From: Amphiscolops sp. MND2022
Lineage: Eukaryota
Direction of reading: 5' to 3'
DNA: 64,000 nt
Assembly: GCA_964187785.1 (NCBI GenBank)
Contig: OZ076409.1
Coordinates: forward strand, 86,244,001-86,308,000
Positions 47,415 to 62,029 of the stretch are shown piece after piece; position 1 is the first letter of the stretch; each line of letters starts with the position of its first letter. The position numbers and the translations under genes were made by a program. Below the pieces are notes generated by a model that searched no databases, was not told the origin of the DNA, and saw nothing but the letters and a program-made list of their open reading frames with translations.

Positions 47415-48365
47415 ATGACATTATTCGACCCCTCGGTGAGTGTTTTCGTGGGGGATGATAAATACACAGGAAATGGGTATATTGAAAACACAAGAAACGA
47501 TGGACCACCGGTTGAAGAATTTCCCAGGCCTGCGACTTCCTCTGTTGTGGATGGCCCGTCGTATTATGAGATCCCAGTTCACGTGGTTCTCCCATTTGAA
47601 ATGTGCGACGCCCTCTACCGTCAAAAACAGAACAGCAAGTTCTTAGAAAAACTTCAGTTCCGGTTAGGGAATGACGTTTACAGCTTAGAAGGCAGTGATA
47701 TTTTGGAAGCAATGATGAAGAATGAAAGCACGATCAAGTTAACAGAAACAAAACATGTGAATATGATTGACTCATCCAGGCCTCCGGTGCATGAGAGAAT
47801 AGAAGTTGATATATCTTACGTCACCGATGCAATCAATCATTCGGGATCCAAACCTCCACAGGGGGACATCAAAGTTCCTTTTGTGATTAAAATCCCCAGT
47901 GAACGAAGCAAAACCGGTGTGAACAATATGGAAATAATTACGCCCAGAGATACTCACAAAGCTAAAACACAGAGACAGTTTTTCGAAGAACACAATTTCC
48001 CTTCACAACAAGATGACCCGATTCATGATTCGCTGACTAGCTACAGAGCTCAAATACCTTTGACTAGCCCAAGAGACGAGGACGAAGAATACCCCGGAAG
48101 CCCAATAAAAGACGTTCTATTCAACGACCCAAACGAAACAGTGCATTTCAGAGCCAAACAGATTTTATCCAGGGGTGTAATTCCTGATGACGTAAGTGGG
48201 ATTGACCACTACAAGCCTCCAGGGTCTGTTTATGGCGCGCAAAATTCAAGAGAGCCTCGGCAAAATTCAGCAATGAGAATGTCAGTGAGAAGCTTCCAGT
48301 CAAACCCTTCGGGAGTTATGTCGAAATACTCCGCTCCTACTGCCGCTATGCGAGCAAATTCACGG
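47415..48365 (+). CDS. Doublecortin-domain protein, probable first coding exon (long N-terminal region)
   Basis: 317 open codons ending CGG|GTATGT (phase 0), compatible with the next exon; link to the DCX exons is inferred from phase only. Confidence 0.65.
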
Positions 48366-49193
48366 GTATGTGCAACTTGTAGTTAGGTAAGCGACATAGA
48401 AGCGCCAAAAAAGGTAGAGCTGATTATGATCTTTTTGAGAGCACTGAATAAAAAACATTTACTCAAATCTGAAAATCTGGGATACTGGTAAGAGTCTCAT
48501 GGATTGTTACGACTTTGTAAACCAACAAGTTCAATGTTTTCAAAAAAATACCGTATCACAGAAAATTTTAACCACATGATGATGAAAACAAACAGTATTA
48601 GGGTAAGTATCAGCATACTAACGATGTAATCAAAATTATGCCTAATAAGCAAAATTATTCAGAAAACAGCATCAGGAAACTGGTACAAGAAACGCTGATG
48701 TACGGTTATGGGTAGAGATATCCATAGATATACATACTTCCAGGAGGAAAAAACACATTTGCAACAAAAACAACGTTATGCTAAAAAATGAAGTATTCAA
48801 TTTTGATCTTTTAAATTGGAAGGTCATGGATGACACGAAAAAGATGACGAATTCGAATCTCGGTTGAAGTGCTGCAATAATTTTCAAGACTCGAAAACAT
48901 TGTTAAAATCCCAAACTTTTGTACCAAGATGCTCCAGAAAAATAACTTACGAAATAAACATTATTATCGTTTATAATTATTGTGCTACTGTTCGCACTAC
49001 TAACTACACTGAAAGTTTCCATGTTCCAGGTTGTTAGATTTCACTAAATTTCAAAACACTTTTCTAGTTATCAAATATATTTCATATATCATACTTGTTT
49101 GTCAAAAATTGATGGAATTTTATCAATTTTGCTTTTTTTTCGCAATTTTTACAATGTTGAAAATAGTTTTTTGAAAAATCTTCGATCAGTCAG

Positions 49194-52100
49194 TGTGGAA
49201 AATTTAGACAATTTATATAATTAGTCTACTATATTGTCTACCACTTGTACTTTGTTGTATACCAATCTATGATGTTCTTTTATTAAACACCTGCCAATTT
49301 AGTGCAGACTATACCTTATCATAGAGCTTTGGTAATAAGCTAAGCAAGAAGAGAGTTGAGTTTGTATGAAACATCTCTTTGATATCAGTAAACTAGAATA
49401 CAACATGGCGCAGTCAGAATTGCCCCCAAAGCTATACACGAACTACCCAAAATGATAGCCAACAGTCACCATGGAAGAAAACACGAGAGATAGAGAAAGC
49501 ACACAGATGTCAACGGGAACGCAACAAGGTGGACAAATGCTACCGAACGATGCAATGAACAGGACGGTGGACCGGACCTGCACCCAAAAGCTCACCATTC
49601 CCACGCTAGAAAAGCAGGACCAAGCCAATGCAAGCATGTGGTGGAAAAAATTCGTCCAATACATAAAAATGAGGAAGGACATAGATTTGTCAACCATGAC
49701 GAACAGTAAAGAGATCACAATACCGTGATCAACTCGAAACAGATATAAAAGACATTTTTATCTGGACAATTGGACAAAATGCTATCACGGAGATGACAAA
49801 GACGGTCAGGGAAAGAGAACCGAGCTCACTACCATTACATAAACTTTATACACTTTTCCGACTACACTTCACCCCAGAAAGAAACGTACACCACAGTAGA
49901 GCTGAATTTTTCGATTTGAAACGGGAAGATGGCGAAACCGCAGCAGACGTGTGGAAACGGATACTAGAAGTAGAAAAAAACTGCGAGTTCGAAACAATTA
50001 CCGCAGCAGAACTTCTAGCATCAAAATTTCTGTCACTTATCGGTAAATCAACCGGTGATTATGACTTGAAAAGAAATCAGGAAAAGCGACATGTCTGTAG
50101 AAGCCATAACTGACGAAATACACGAATACATGTACGAAAAATTGAATGAAGCACCTGAAACAAAAGAAGAAAAGAAAATACGGTATAAAAATAAACGAAA
50201 AACGAAAATTACAAAGGAACAACCAGAAAGACGGGCAAAATTCAAGAAAATTGACTGCAACCGTTGCAAAGCACCGAACTGGTCACGTCAACACGAATGT
50301 CCCGCTAGAGGAAAGAAATGCTCAATGTGTGGTAAAATTGGCCATTTCGCAAAATGTTGCCGCGCAAACAAAAAAGTAAACCATTTAATGGAAGGCGAAA
50401 CAAGCAGCTCGGGTGAAGATGACTGGACACCAAACACAATCCATTCAGTAAAACAAAAGATACACTCAACGCGGTCAACGAACAACAATGGACCTGAATT
50501 CTTCACAGTCACCGCATTGGTCAACAACAGACAAATCAAATTCATCATAGACAGCGGTTCCCCAGTAACGCTAATATCAAAGTCACAATTCAATAAAATA
50601 ACACGGTTACGCCCCCTGGAAACGGAATACAGGGACGTAAATGACAACCGGTTACGATTTGAAGGGAAAACAACCGCAAAAGTAGAAATTAACGGAACCC
50701 GAAAAGAACTAGAACTCCTAATAACAACAAAGAAAACAAATCCCCTACTAGGACTGGACTGGATGAAAAAACTGGGGATAACACTGGAGACTGGTAAAAC
50801 CGTCCCACAAGTAAACCAAATAAAAGAAGACTCAGACGTAACAAAATTGAAAACGAAATTCAAAAAACCGTTCAACGAAAATCATACAGTAAACAGGCTG
50901 GAAGTGAAAATTAATTTGAAAGAATATGCAAAATTGATACAGCAGAAAAGAAGACCCATACCGATACAATTACAACAATCGTTGGAAAAAGAAATAGAAA
51001 AACTATTAAAACAAGGCCATATCGAAGAGGCCAATAATATCGACGAAAATTGTTTCGTGAGCCCGGCAGTTATCACGGTAAAGATAAATCTGTAAAAATC
51101 GCCTCAGACTCAAAAAAGCTCAACGAAATAACCGTGAAACGAAAAACACAAATGCCAAACATGGAGGAATTGATTTCAAGAATATCGAGAAAAATAGCAA
51201 ATGGCCTAGCGGACGAAATTTGGATTTCCAAATTCGACCTAGACTATGCCTACGGTCATCAGCTAATACTCTCGAGAGCAGCCAGAAAACTGTGTATATT
51301 CGCCGTAACTGGAGGAAACTTTACCGGTTACTACCGTTTCCTCAAGGGATTCTACGCGTTAGCGGATATACCGACATTTTTTCATGACAAAATTGACCAG
51401 ACACTGGAGAACACACACCCAGCATGGTTAGACGATATCATTGTGGTAGCAAAAGGTTCTTAAGAGGAACACATGAAAGAACTGATTGACGTCCTAACCA
51501 AACTCGAAAACGCCGGGTACAGATTAAGTGAAACAAAATCCGAATTTTTCAAATCAGAGATCGAATGGATCGGTCACCGGATCAACCAGGCCGGAATCCG
51601 GCCATTGCAAGACAAGCTACTGGCGATGAAAGAATTAAAACAACCGAACAACGAGAAAGAGCTAAAATCAGTTCTGGGAGCCATCCAGTATTTGTCAAAA
51701 AACATTGACAACCTTTCTCTCCAAACAGACAGTCTGAGAAGGTTATTGAAAAAAGTAAGTGGATCTGGACGGAAGAACACACTGTCTTTCAAAAATTTGA
51801 AACAAAAAATCACAAAAATACCGTGTCTGGCACACTACAGTTCTGATTATCCAAACGTGATAACAACCGACGCGAGCACTAAAGGCCTAGGGGCAACTCT
51901 ATGGCAAAAACAACCGAATGGAACAAAAAAACCTATCAGTTTTGCGAGCCGTTTCTTATCAGCCACAGAAAAAAATATGCGATAAACGAATTCGAACTAT
52001 TGGCAGTAGTATGGGCTTTAGAACAATTCCGTCTATATATTTACGGTAAACCCATTAAACTTTTGACGGATCACCAGGCATTAGAGCCACTAATTAAACA

Positions 52101-55100
52101 AAATCGCTCCAACAACACCTATAGCGCACGTTTAACACGGTGGCTGGACCGGTTAGCACATTTCACGATCATCGTAAACCATATAGCCGGTAAACACTTA
52201 GCACTCACGGATTATCTCAGTAGAAATCAGGTATTACCACCGCAAGCAGACAATACATACGACAAAGAATACGTAATTAACAACATTCTACCACACTACA
52301 GCTTCATCTCCAAATATGGTTGCCTCAGCAACCATTCGAACCAATCAGAAAGCGGTACCGAGAATAACGATAGCAAAGCAAACAATAAGCCACGGACAAA
52401 CGACGCGCGTCAACAAACTGCCATTTATTGCCTTTACAGCGACACATACACACGCTCAAGTTCAAATAACGTAAAAAGCATTCAGCATACCAAATTCACA
52501 ATGGATGCAAAAACAATCGAAAACATCGAAACAAAATACAATTCTGCCGAAATAACTGAGCTAACTACTCGGTGGAAAGAAATTGTACAACCCGGGATTT
52601 ACCGCACGACCGGTGGAAGATGCAAACGTTACCACGAGCCCAAATTCCTTCGCAATGAGAGAAAAGTAATTGAGGAACAGCTACAATTACTTATCAACAA
52701 CTGGCCTCAAGAAGATCTCCGACAGAAAATCGGTCCACAAAACAAGGGAGGCTTCTAACCGCAGACCGGTCACTCCGAACAATGGACAGCGGACCCATTC
52801 TGGGATATGGACCGGCCAACCCCAGTCCAACAACACCAATCAGATAGACCCGGCCCATCATCCGCACCGATCCCTATGGAAGAAGGCGAAATAGACTCCG
52901 AGACGGACCAAGACCCATCGGTCCTAGAGGTACCAACGATAAATTGGGCACAATACGTTGGAGTAAGGAGCGTCCAATATGTGAAGATGGGACATGCGCC
53001 ACGAATTGCTGCCGGAGAAAAAAAACGACTGGAACCTAGAGCAAGCAGTACGCGAAACGGAGAAGAATTTTTCTACGGACTTACAGCTGCTTATGAACGA
53101 GACCACGAATGACCCCAACTTGCTGAAAACCCTAGTATGCTTTGAAAGACAGCAGCATGAAATGATACCAGAGGAGTACCAGATGTAAGAAATTTGTCAA
53201 GCAGGTTCGGTCTTGTTCTCATGGAAGACAGAAATATTGTGCCAAAATCCTCCGAACCACAGTAATCAGTCTTTTGCACAAAGGACATCCAGCCATCAAC
53301 AAGATGACTTTGGCAGCTCGACACTTCTGGTGGCCAAAGATGACCGACGCAATCCAGAAGTGCGAAACCTGCATCCCATGCAAAATGTCTGGTAAGAGTA
53401 TACAGCCAAATATACCTAGCACAGAAAAAATAGCCTACCCCTGGTGAACAGTCCGAACGAAGAAATCCAATTGGATTTCATCGAACCAATCACGGATAAC
53501 CACCGTCGATATTATATACTACTGTCCATTGACCGGTACAGCAAAAAGCCGGCAGCCAGTTTCTGTAAATACACCGACGGAGAAACGGCGGTAAAATTTC
53601 TTGAACAATATATCTAGCTGAACGGTATACCGCAGACAATTAGAACAGAAACACGAACAGCGTTTACGGGTCGCCTTTCTCGCGATTTCTACAAAAAACA
53701 TTACATTAAACTGATATACGGAACACCGTATATTCAAACGCCCACAGGTTTAGTAGAACGGGGGTCAGAACGCTGAAAGAAAACCTTTTAACGAACATTA
53801 AGGCTGGCGAACGGTTCGGAAAAGCCCTAGACTTATATTTAGATGTAATGAGAAAAACACACCACACGAAACGAAAGAAATCGGCATTCGAACTTCACTA
53901 TGGTCGAAAACCAAACATGGAAATAACTAACATCCTAAATTTGGATAACCTAACAAAAAATTCCATTTCAGCGAAACCCGATACCTTACAGATATACTCA
54001 TTCAGCGGAGTTCGCGGTGTGTCCGACCAGCTACCGATGAAGACAAGAAAGAACGATAAAAGAGTTAGTAATCAACTTTTCCTTTTCCTAGAAAAAAACA
54101 TCAGAAATCGAAATTCGAAACTGCTTATAGCGATAAACCGAATATAGCTGTTTCGGAGACACACCATACCGTAACAACACCAAATGGTAGAGTAATACAC
54201 AAGAAATGTATCAGTCCACCTATCCATGATTTTAATCAGGACTGCAACAACAATAGAGGAACTGGACCGAGGGGACCAGACGGCCGGTTTACAAGATCAC
54301 CATCAAAACCGAAGAGAGCGTACGTGATCGGGTCAGACATCGAGCCCGAGACACCACCAACAGAGACAAACAGCCCTACAGCTCTGGACCAGTCAGACAA
54401 CGCGATGGTGAAAATGAGCACATACGGTCGAGGCAGACCGCTGAAGTTGATAAGAGACCGACAGAGCCCAAGCCTTCAACAACCTTCACCGGGAGGAATG
54501 AACAATACCAATCCACTCACCATTACCGCCGCCAATATGACAGACACGGAGATCAGCCGTGCTATTGAGGACGCTAGACAAGCGAACGATGAACTTTTTA
54601 TCAGAGATGTCTATAAGGTATTTAAAAATCTGACTTCTTTTCCTAAAACGGGGGAAGAGAACAATTTTGAAAAAACAATACGCAGATCAAAAAGACTAAC
54701 AAAAACCAACCCAATTGTTAGATATAATAATCCGATATGTCATGATTACAGGAAACACCGTAGAAAGGCTGAACTCGGGAGCAACACCGAGTCAAATGGA
54801 AATGGAAACGAACAGCCCTAACTAACCCAAACAACGGACGACAAATTGATATCACGGGTTAACACTCACCGTGACAACCATACAAGCGAGGACCGGTCAC
54901 CCGTTCACACACAAACGGACCATTGGAGGAATCACCGCCATATAGAAGATAAACAGTACCCCATTGGCCGAACAACAGCCAATAGTGAGAGGGGAATGTG
55001 GAGAATATAGACAATTTTTATAATTAGTCTACCAAATTGTCTACCATTTGTACTTTGTTGTATACCAATCTATGATGTTCTTTTTATAAACACCTGCCAA

Positions 55101-55203
55101 TTCAGTGAAGACGATACCTTATCCTAAAGCTTTGGTAATAAGCTAGAATAGAGTTGAGTTTGTATAAAACATCTCTTTGATATCAGTAAACTAGAATACA
55201 ACA
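49194..55203 (+). mobile_element. Full-length but decayed Ty3/Gypsy element in the first predicted intron of the DCX-domain gene
   Basis: LTRs 49194-49405 and 54997-55203 (TGTGG...CAACA, visibly diverged); PBS TGGCGCAGTCAG at 49406; PPT GAGAGGGGAA at 54987-54996; flanks GTCAG/ATCAG (TSD with one mismatch). Confidence 0.95.
49471..54821 (+). pseudogene. pol: gag-pol with many frameshifts and stops
   Basis: CSMCGKIGHFAKCC knuckle, FIIDSGS protease, WLDD RT, TTDAS RNase H, integrase remnants at ~53250-53900. Confidence 0.9.
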
Positions 55204-56987
55204 ATCAGATTCTCCATAGTCTGATGATGCCAGTATAATTTTATTGAAATTTTTTTTCAATTTCAAATAAAAATCAATTTTCTAATTATAATTCTCATAG
55301 CCTATCCTCATACATGTATGGCAGTGTTCATAGGCAGGCAGAAAATGGATTACACTTTTTTCTGATTTCAAACAAATTCCCGCTGAGGACATTTTAACAG
55401 GTTCGGGAGGTCATCAGAAGTCTCCGAAAATCTTTAGTTTCCAAAAAAGTTGAATTACCCTTCTACGATATCGAAAAATTAAAATTTTAATTAAAATTTT
55501 CTGCTATTTCCAACTTTCTTGAATATGGGTCGTAGAATTTTCCAACAAACATTTTTGTGAACTAGATGAAATTCTAAGAAACGTTTCTTGCTGACAATTT
55601 TTTTGCATTTGTGACAGATTGCGAGTTTTGTTTTGAATGTTGTCATTTTGAGTAATGGAGTTGCGATATTTTAGAACGCCACTGTACACTGATAAAGTAG
55701 CAGTTGGCGACTGTTTTTGTTTATTTACATCCACTTTTCTCCTGAAACTCTTGGAAAGATATTGCAAAATACTACGCATTTTGGCATTTTCGGTAAGAAT
55801 TTTGCCAACCTTCTTTCCAATGTTTCCACGAAATTGCAAGCTTCTTATCGGAAACTAAGAGATTTCGATCTGAGATTATACTCAGGTTTACAGGGTGATT
55901 GAGACATTCAGGGAAACATGTTTGGGATTTTGAAACTATTTCTCTCGAAAAGCAAAACTTCGAAAACTTTTGCGATTAGATTTTCTTTCCAAAACTCTCA
56001 CAAAAGATTTTTTCTGCGGATTAGTGTACGCCGTGATTCTGGTTTCAATTTCAGAAACTGTTTTGGTGTCTTTGTGAAGTCCTTGATTCAAAAAAATTAC
56101 GCGGCTAGTATATTGCACCAGATCAGAAGAGAATAATAGAAATTGGCTGTAATTTACGAAGTTTTGATGCTATCAAAAGTGATGGTCGCGACTTTTCGAC
56201 CACCTAAGATGATAAATTAGTTTGTTTTGGCGATAAGGCGCAAGAATTTCCTGAAACTTCATACTTTTCCACTTTATTTTAATTAATGAAAAAAGAACAA
56301 GAATTCTACTCTAAGCAGGTGCTCAAAGACTTGTATCCATATTGGACAAAGCATTAGAAAGATTTTTGTTCCACGTTCTTTGTTTTTCTTTTCAAATGTG
56401 CCCTATTGCTAATCTCCTTCGCACTTTTTCGTCTTTTTATCTCAGAGAATCTATTTGACATTTTCTACAAGCTTTTGTAGTATAGAAAACTGGGTTAAGT
56501 TTAGAATTTGTTTTTATCCTATTATTTCCTTTATACATTTTCATCTTCACATAATAAAAGCTACTTCCCTGATTTCTTTAGATTACCAATGTTGCCCAGA
56601 CTCAATACTTATACTGTTTTAAAAGTTAGTCTTTTGCAAAAAGTATTTTTTCGGATACCGGTGATTGCTTCCTTTTCAATTTGAACGAATGCAACAGAAA
56701 TTGTTGAAGTCTGAATAGGCTTGATTAAGTAAACGGAAAATGTTTTTCATAGATCAAATCCCCATCTCATGGTTCGAGTTCAATTTCGGTTTTTCATATT
56801 TTCTTCCAATCTGAAATTATTCGAAAACTTGGAACAGTGATCTTATAGTCATTTTTTCCACTGCAGTGACTTCTAACTTTGAATTTCGTGAGCTCACTGA
56901 AATCAACCATTCATCATTCTCAAGAGTTTACCATTTAGTTCTCAAGATCTTGTAATAATCTTTTGAACTTTAACAACATGATTTTAG

Positions 56988-57226
56988 TATGGAGCAGTTA
57001 GCACCAACAATTCTGTTCTCAACTCGGGACGAATCAAAACGAGACGAAGCTACAACTCAGAGCCTGTCTATTCTCACAAAAACCAGACGATGGGAGGAGT
57101 ATCCAAACGGAGACTACATCTCGTGCCCGACACGTTCCGAACAGGAATACAAGAAGAGGATCTTTACATCCGAGAAGCTGACGCAGACAATGACGTAATG
57201 ATGACCGCAAATTCCAACCGTTATAG
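56988..57226 (+). CDS. Doublecortin-domain protein, exon 2 (YGAVSTNN...NSNRY)
   Basis: TTTTAG| acceptor in phase 0, open frame, AG|GTGAGG donor in phase 2. Confidence 0.7.
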
Positions 57227-58088
57227 GTGAGGAGTGAGCTAGCGTCGAAAGGTTTTCGATGGAATAAAGTTTCGAATTTGTGTCACACTCGAAGTTTCAA
57301 AGAGCCCTTAACGAAAAATTCCAAAATTCCAAGTCACGAAAGCAAATTATTGTAATAAAACATCAATGACTCATCTTGAAAATTGAGAAATGCGCATTTT
57401 TATTTTTAAATAATTGAATGAACACAATCTCACAGCAACACATAAACAAAACAGAAACGTCTCAAGTCGTCACCCCGCCCAATGCTAAGAAACGCAGTTT
57501 TTAAAATATGCTCAAAGCGTTTTCAAGGAAAACCTCACAAATAAGGAGTGGCACCGAAAATACCCAAAAGGACCCTTCGTGCCAGGAAAACGCTTGTCTT
57601 TGAGTCTCTGACTGAAAACTTTTTTTAAAAAAAAACAATATTTTTTAGGGAAACATTTTTTTGCAAAACTTGCCGCACCATGTGTCTGATCCCCCCCAGG
57701 TACACCTTGTGTCAAATTCCCAAACACGAAATGACATTTTGTTCTTGAATAAAAAATACTTCACTACTAACATTTATATGAAGGTAAATACTTACAGGAT
57801 TGTCTTTACAGCTGTTTTGACACTTCCAGCAAAAAAGGACCCTATTTTTTCGACATTATCACTGGAAATTTTCTCCGCGATAAAATCTAATAGCAACTTT
57901 TAACTGCCAGTCAATGTAAAAGATGGGAGTATGTCGACATCAATTAAGGGGGATAATAAGACGTATGGTCCAATTTGCCGAGAACCTGAGGCGGAACCTT
58001 TTGCGCTCTTGAAACGTATCGCCCCAATTTAAAACATTAAAAAATGAAGGGCAACTTTGGTGAAATAAAAAAAATGGAAAAACGTCAC

Positions 58089-59558
58089 TGTCGTAAGCAC
58101 GTGCGTGAGGTTGACTATCATTTTGATAATCCTTACGTTGCTCACATCTAGTATTTTTCTTGGTTTTCTCACCATAGGTTTCTTCGGGATTAAATTCCGG
58201 TCTCTCGGACGGAACGTTCCACCTATTTTGTGTCAAATGACCTGATCCGGCACTTAGAGCAGTTTGAATCTGAGGCAAAATCTGATTACTTATTGCATCA
58301 CTGATAGCTCTTTGGATCTGAGTGTTCACACTACCAATCATCTCGTCTAACTCTCTTGATAACCTCGAGTTCAATTCGCAAGACAGTGTTTTTATCTCAC
58401 CACTAGAATTAGCAGTGGCTGAATTTCGGTCTGACTCGGCGCCATTGCCAGAATCAATAACTCTTGGATTCACATAAGTATTTTCATGATCGTTTTCGTG
58501 ATCATTACTAATGGCACTTTCAGGCCTTCTAGCTAAGTTACTGTTCAAGCTCTCATCTCTTTCCCTTGTATCAAAGTGGTCTCCTCCTAACATGATGTCT
58601 AGGTTTTCAATGTCTGAGAACATTTCAAGTCCTCTTGATTTCCTAGCTTTCTTCTGTTTCCTGGTAGTAGGCATTGAAGAAAGTCCGAGCAAAATAATAA
58701 ATTAGTTTGACCGAAAAATGTGATATTTCTGAAAAACTGAATAATAAATGAACTGAACAGTAAGAGCATAAAACAACTTGTGTCCCTCTCAAAGAAAATG
58801 CCAGTATAAATACCCTTGAGAGGATGACACTCACATTCCTTACTTCACTAATTACATACAAGTTTTCATAAAAAGCACATGATCATGGTATTTTACCTAC
58901 AACATCCTAGCGCTGATAGCTACATCAAAGTGGCTCAGGAATCTGTCCTGGTATGGATGAAGGGAATTTACTCAAAATCCATTCATGGTCATATTGTTTA
59001 AGGTCTTCATAAGGTGTGGAAATACACTCAAACACATTTTTCAATCATCAACCTTACCATCAAAGGGAGTCGGAGGAATTCAACATCATTACAGCAAACG
59101 AACTACACTTTGACAGCATATCAGTTCAACATTCCTGAAGTGTTTACAGTAAAAGGAATGTGAACTACTCAGGGTCACGTCCTTACGCGGATGCGAAAAT
59201 TGACAAACTAATAACATCACTACATGCATTAATAATGAATGAAACCCAGCATTATAGCCCAGTTTGGCCATTGGATTAAAAGACAATCCAATGACAAAGG
59301 CCAAAATAGGCCAACTGCCTTGTACTAAACAAGCATAATTAAATATCATAAGGTGTTCTTGATTAGCAACTAAAAACAAGTATGAAATATTATTAATGTA
59401 CAAAAGCGTTTAATTGGCACAGAGAGTGTTAGTACACTAGCACTGATTAATTACATGCTTGATTGCTGTTTCACCTTTATTTCGCACAAAGTAGCCGGAA
59501 TCCGCCATCTGACTAGGAAGCTAAGCAAAAAGAATAAAGTTGCGTCAAGCCTGCGACA
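58089..59558 (-). mobile_element. Solo LTR (1470 bp) related to the large element, 5-bp TSD GTCAC, encoding a gag N-terminus
   Basis: Minus strand TGTCGCAGG...TACGACA; GTCAC at 58084-58088 and 59559-59563; ORF MPTTRKQKKARKSR...DIENLDIMLG resembles MPSTRKQKAKERRSR...DVKNVDIVLG at 17756. Confidence 0.9.
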
Positions 59559-60218
59559 GTCACACTGTGCCGAAAAACCCCTAAATGAAAAAAACTTTCC
59601 ACTGTATTACAAAGCGCCGACTAAAAACAGTAACATTTTAACGTTTTATGGCTCTTGAAGTAAATGCTGTTTGATATATGGATCTGATACAGGCTTCATA
59701 AAAGTGACAGAGGGAGGAAAAAATCTGTAGAGATGACCTAATCTGTAGAAAAATACACAAATCCATTTAGACAATAGTTAATTTTCATTCAACATTTCAC
59801 GCTTCTGAGCTCACTCTGCAGGATCATGGAAAACATACTTCTGAACAAAATGACTGAAACCTTGAAAATAAACAAGACGGGAACGTCTAACGTCAGCGCT
59901 ATATCTAAGGCTCAAAAAACTCAGATTTTAAAATTGTAAATGGGGGATCCTTTGGGCTTTTTGAAAGTCCAGTTTGCTGCAAAATATCAAAAAAAACTGA
60001 AGGGGAACCCTTTGGAGACAAAAAATATCGAAAAAATTCACTTTAAAGGAAAAGGCTCCGACGAAAAACACTTTAGCGGATTCGCCGAAAAATGTGCCTA
60101 GAAATTTGAGAAACGCGTCCATTCGACGCCCCTGTTCAGTCAAATCAAAAGTGGACCAAAATTTTTTCGGGAAGTTTCACAGGGACAAAAAATTTAAGGG
60201 TTCGGTTATTAATTGCAG

Positions 60219-60386
60219 ACCTCCGCATCAGAGACGAGTGGATAAGGCGAAGACAATCACTTTCTACAGAAATGGAGATGCTGAGTTTCCGGGGTACACT
60301 ACCAGTGTGTCAACCAGGGAATTTAGGTCATGGGAAACTTTGCTAGTCTTCCTCAGCGACAAAATCAGTTTGCCTTACGGTGTCAG
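60219..60386 (+). CDS. Doublecortin-domain protein, exon 3 (first half of DCX domain 1)
   Basis: TTGCAG| acceptor; KAKTITFYRNGDAEFPG...FRSWETLL...LPYGVR matches the DCX signature FYRNGD...FRSFDALL...LPQGVR; AG|GTTAGT donor. Confidence 0.9.
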
Positions 60387-60931
60387 GTTAGTTTAGGCTC
60401 AACTCAGTAGACATCGTAACAACTAGAGAATGGTCGGCGCCAGGTTCAAGGCTCAAAAAGAAAAAAAAATACTTCAAAGCGTCAGAAACTCTTTTGAATG
60501 AATTCTCAATTTCACAGTACCGAAAAAAACCAAAGGGGGAAACTTTTGTGCTTGAAAAGGCTTTTTTGCTTTTATTCTCACGAGAAACATCAAAACAGTG
60601 AAGCGAGAACTTTTTATGTGAAATGATAATTTTCCACAAAAAAGTAGCACAATGCCGAAAATCCAAAGCAGGACATTTTGGTGTTAAAAAAGACTTTTTT
60701 ATAACCAAAAGTACCAAAAAAAAGATGAGGACGTTTTTTGAAAAAAGTCTCACAGTACCGAAAATAACCCTCAAATATTTTTCATTTCCTTTGAAAAAAG
60801 TAATCGAACAATGATGAAATAATAATAGCAACTTTTAAAAAATCAACAAAGCTTCTAACAGCTGTTACATTCAAGTTAAATCTTTCTGTGATCCCTTGAC
60901 GAGAAATTGCACGCACACATGCATGTTGCAG

Positions 60932-61108
60932 ATACGTTTATTCTTTACGAGGCCGATCAGTTCAAAATGTGTGGGAGTTGGAAGACGGGCAGGCCTACGT
61001 GTGTGCAAGTGGACAGTTCGTGCCCAACATACACTTCGGAACTTCCCACGAGACCAAGTGGAAGCGCAACAGAAAAGGATCTGGAGGAAAAATGAGGAAT
61101 ACTGACAG
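60932..61108 (+). CDS. Doublecortin-domain protein, exon 4 (second half of DCX domain 1)
   Basis: TTGCAG| acceptor; YVYSLRG...ELEDGQAYVCAS matches the DCX C-terminal motif; phase 2 to 2. Confidence 0.9.
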
Positions 61109-61217
61109 GTTATTCCGCCCTTACAATTTATTTGAGTGGAGAGAGAAAAATCACCAACTATGTAGTTTTTTCCAAATTCTGCCATTTTATTACTCCATTT
61201 AGTTTGTGGATATCTTA

Positions 61218-61280
61218 GTCGCCATGGCCCAATTGGTAGTGCGTCTGCCCTGGAGGTTCGAACACGGGTTGGAGCCTGAA
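61218..61280 (+). repeat. Second, internally deleted copy of the tRNA-derived repeat
   Basis: GTCGCCATGGCCCAATTGGTAGTGCGTCTGCC...GGTTCGAAC; upstream flank CAAATTCTGCCA...TTTATTACTCCAT shared with the 46.3-kb copy. Confidence 0.55.
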
Positions 61281-61501
61281 AATATCTCGGTGTCTTGTTG
61301 AACAATATGACGTTAATATTCGATTGAAAATCAAAATTTCGCAACACTTCGGTTTAATCGATGCCTTAAGCGAAATTAGGTTGACACGTTGGGTGTTCAT
61401 TTTTTTGGCGAAAGACAAAAATTGTGCGAACGACGCCTCGATACAAACAAAAAGATGTGTCCTTCAGACTTTTTTCTCATCAAGATTTTTGGTCGATTCA
61501 G

Positions 61502-61714
61502 GTCTTTGTTGGAAGATTTCATGGAAGACATGCAATCCACTAGACAGAGGCCTCAAATGACTAATGCAACTCGACCCAGTGGGACAAACAGAGGTCAAGC
61601 AAGGTTAAAAAGTCAACCTCAAGGGATCCCGATGAACCAAAACGGACAAATGGAAGAACAGTTGTTTTCAGATGCATCGCCTTATATTATAAACGTCATT
61701 AGTAACACTCACAG
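61502..61714 (+). CDS. Doublecortin-domain protein, exon 5 (linker and start of DCX domain 2)
   Basis: ATTCAG| acceptor; SLLEDFME...PYIINVISNTHR; AG|GTTGGT donor; phases fit. Confidence 0.8.
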
Positions 61715-62029
61715 GTTGGTGGACTTTTTCCGGGTATGATATTTTGAATACGAAAATACCCAAATTACATTGTGGGAGTCTTTATAACCAAGATCGTTGA
61801 AAAATTTAACACATTTCTCCGGAGCTTTGTTCGACTCACAACCATTTGCAAAAACTTCGAGTTCGATGAAACTTGTTTCTTCATTACTCCTACTTCATTG
61901 AAAATATACCCCTAAGTTAGATATTTATGAGCACAAAGAGAAAATAGTCAATTCTAGGGTTTCAGCTTTAACTTTGACAGCACAAAGAAATGAATAACGA
62001 ATCGAAACTCAGAATTTCTTTCAAATTAG

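Noticed and set aside
56989..57198. ORF MEQLAPT... from the ORF track
   Set aside because: The splice-compatible frame starts at 56988 (YGAVST...) and joins the DCX exons; the listed frame is incidental
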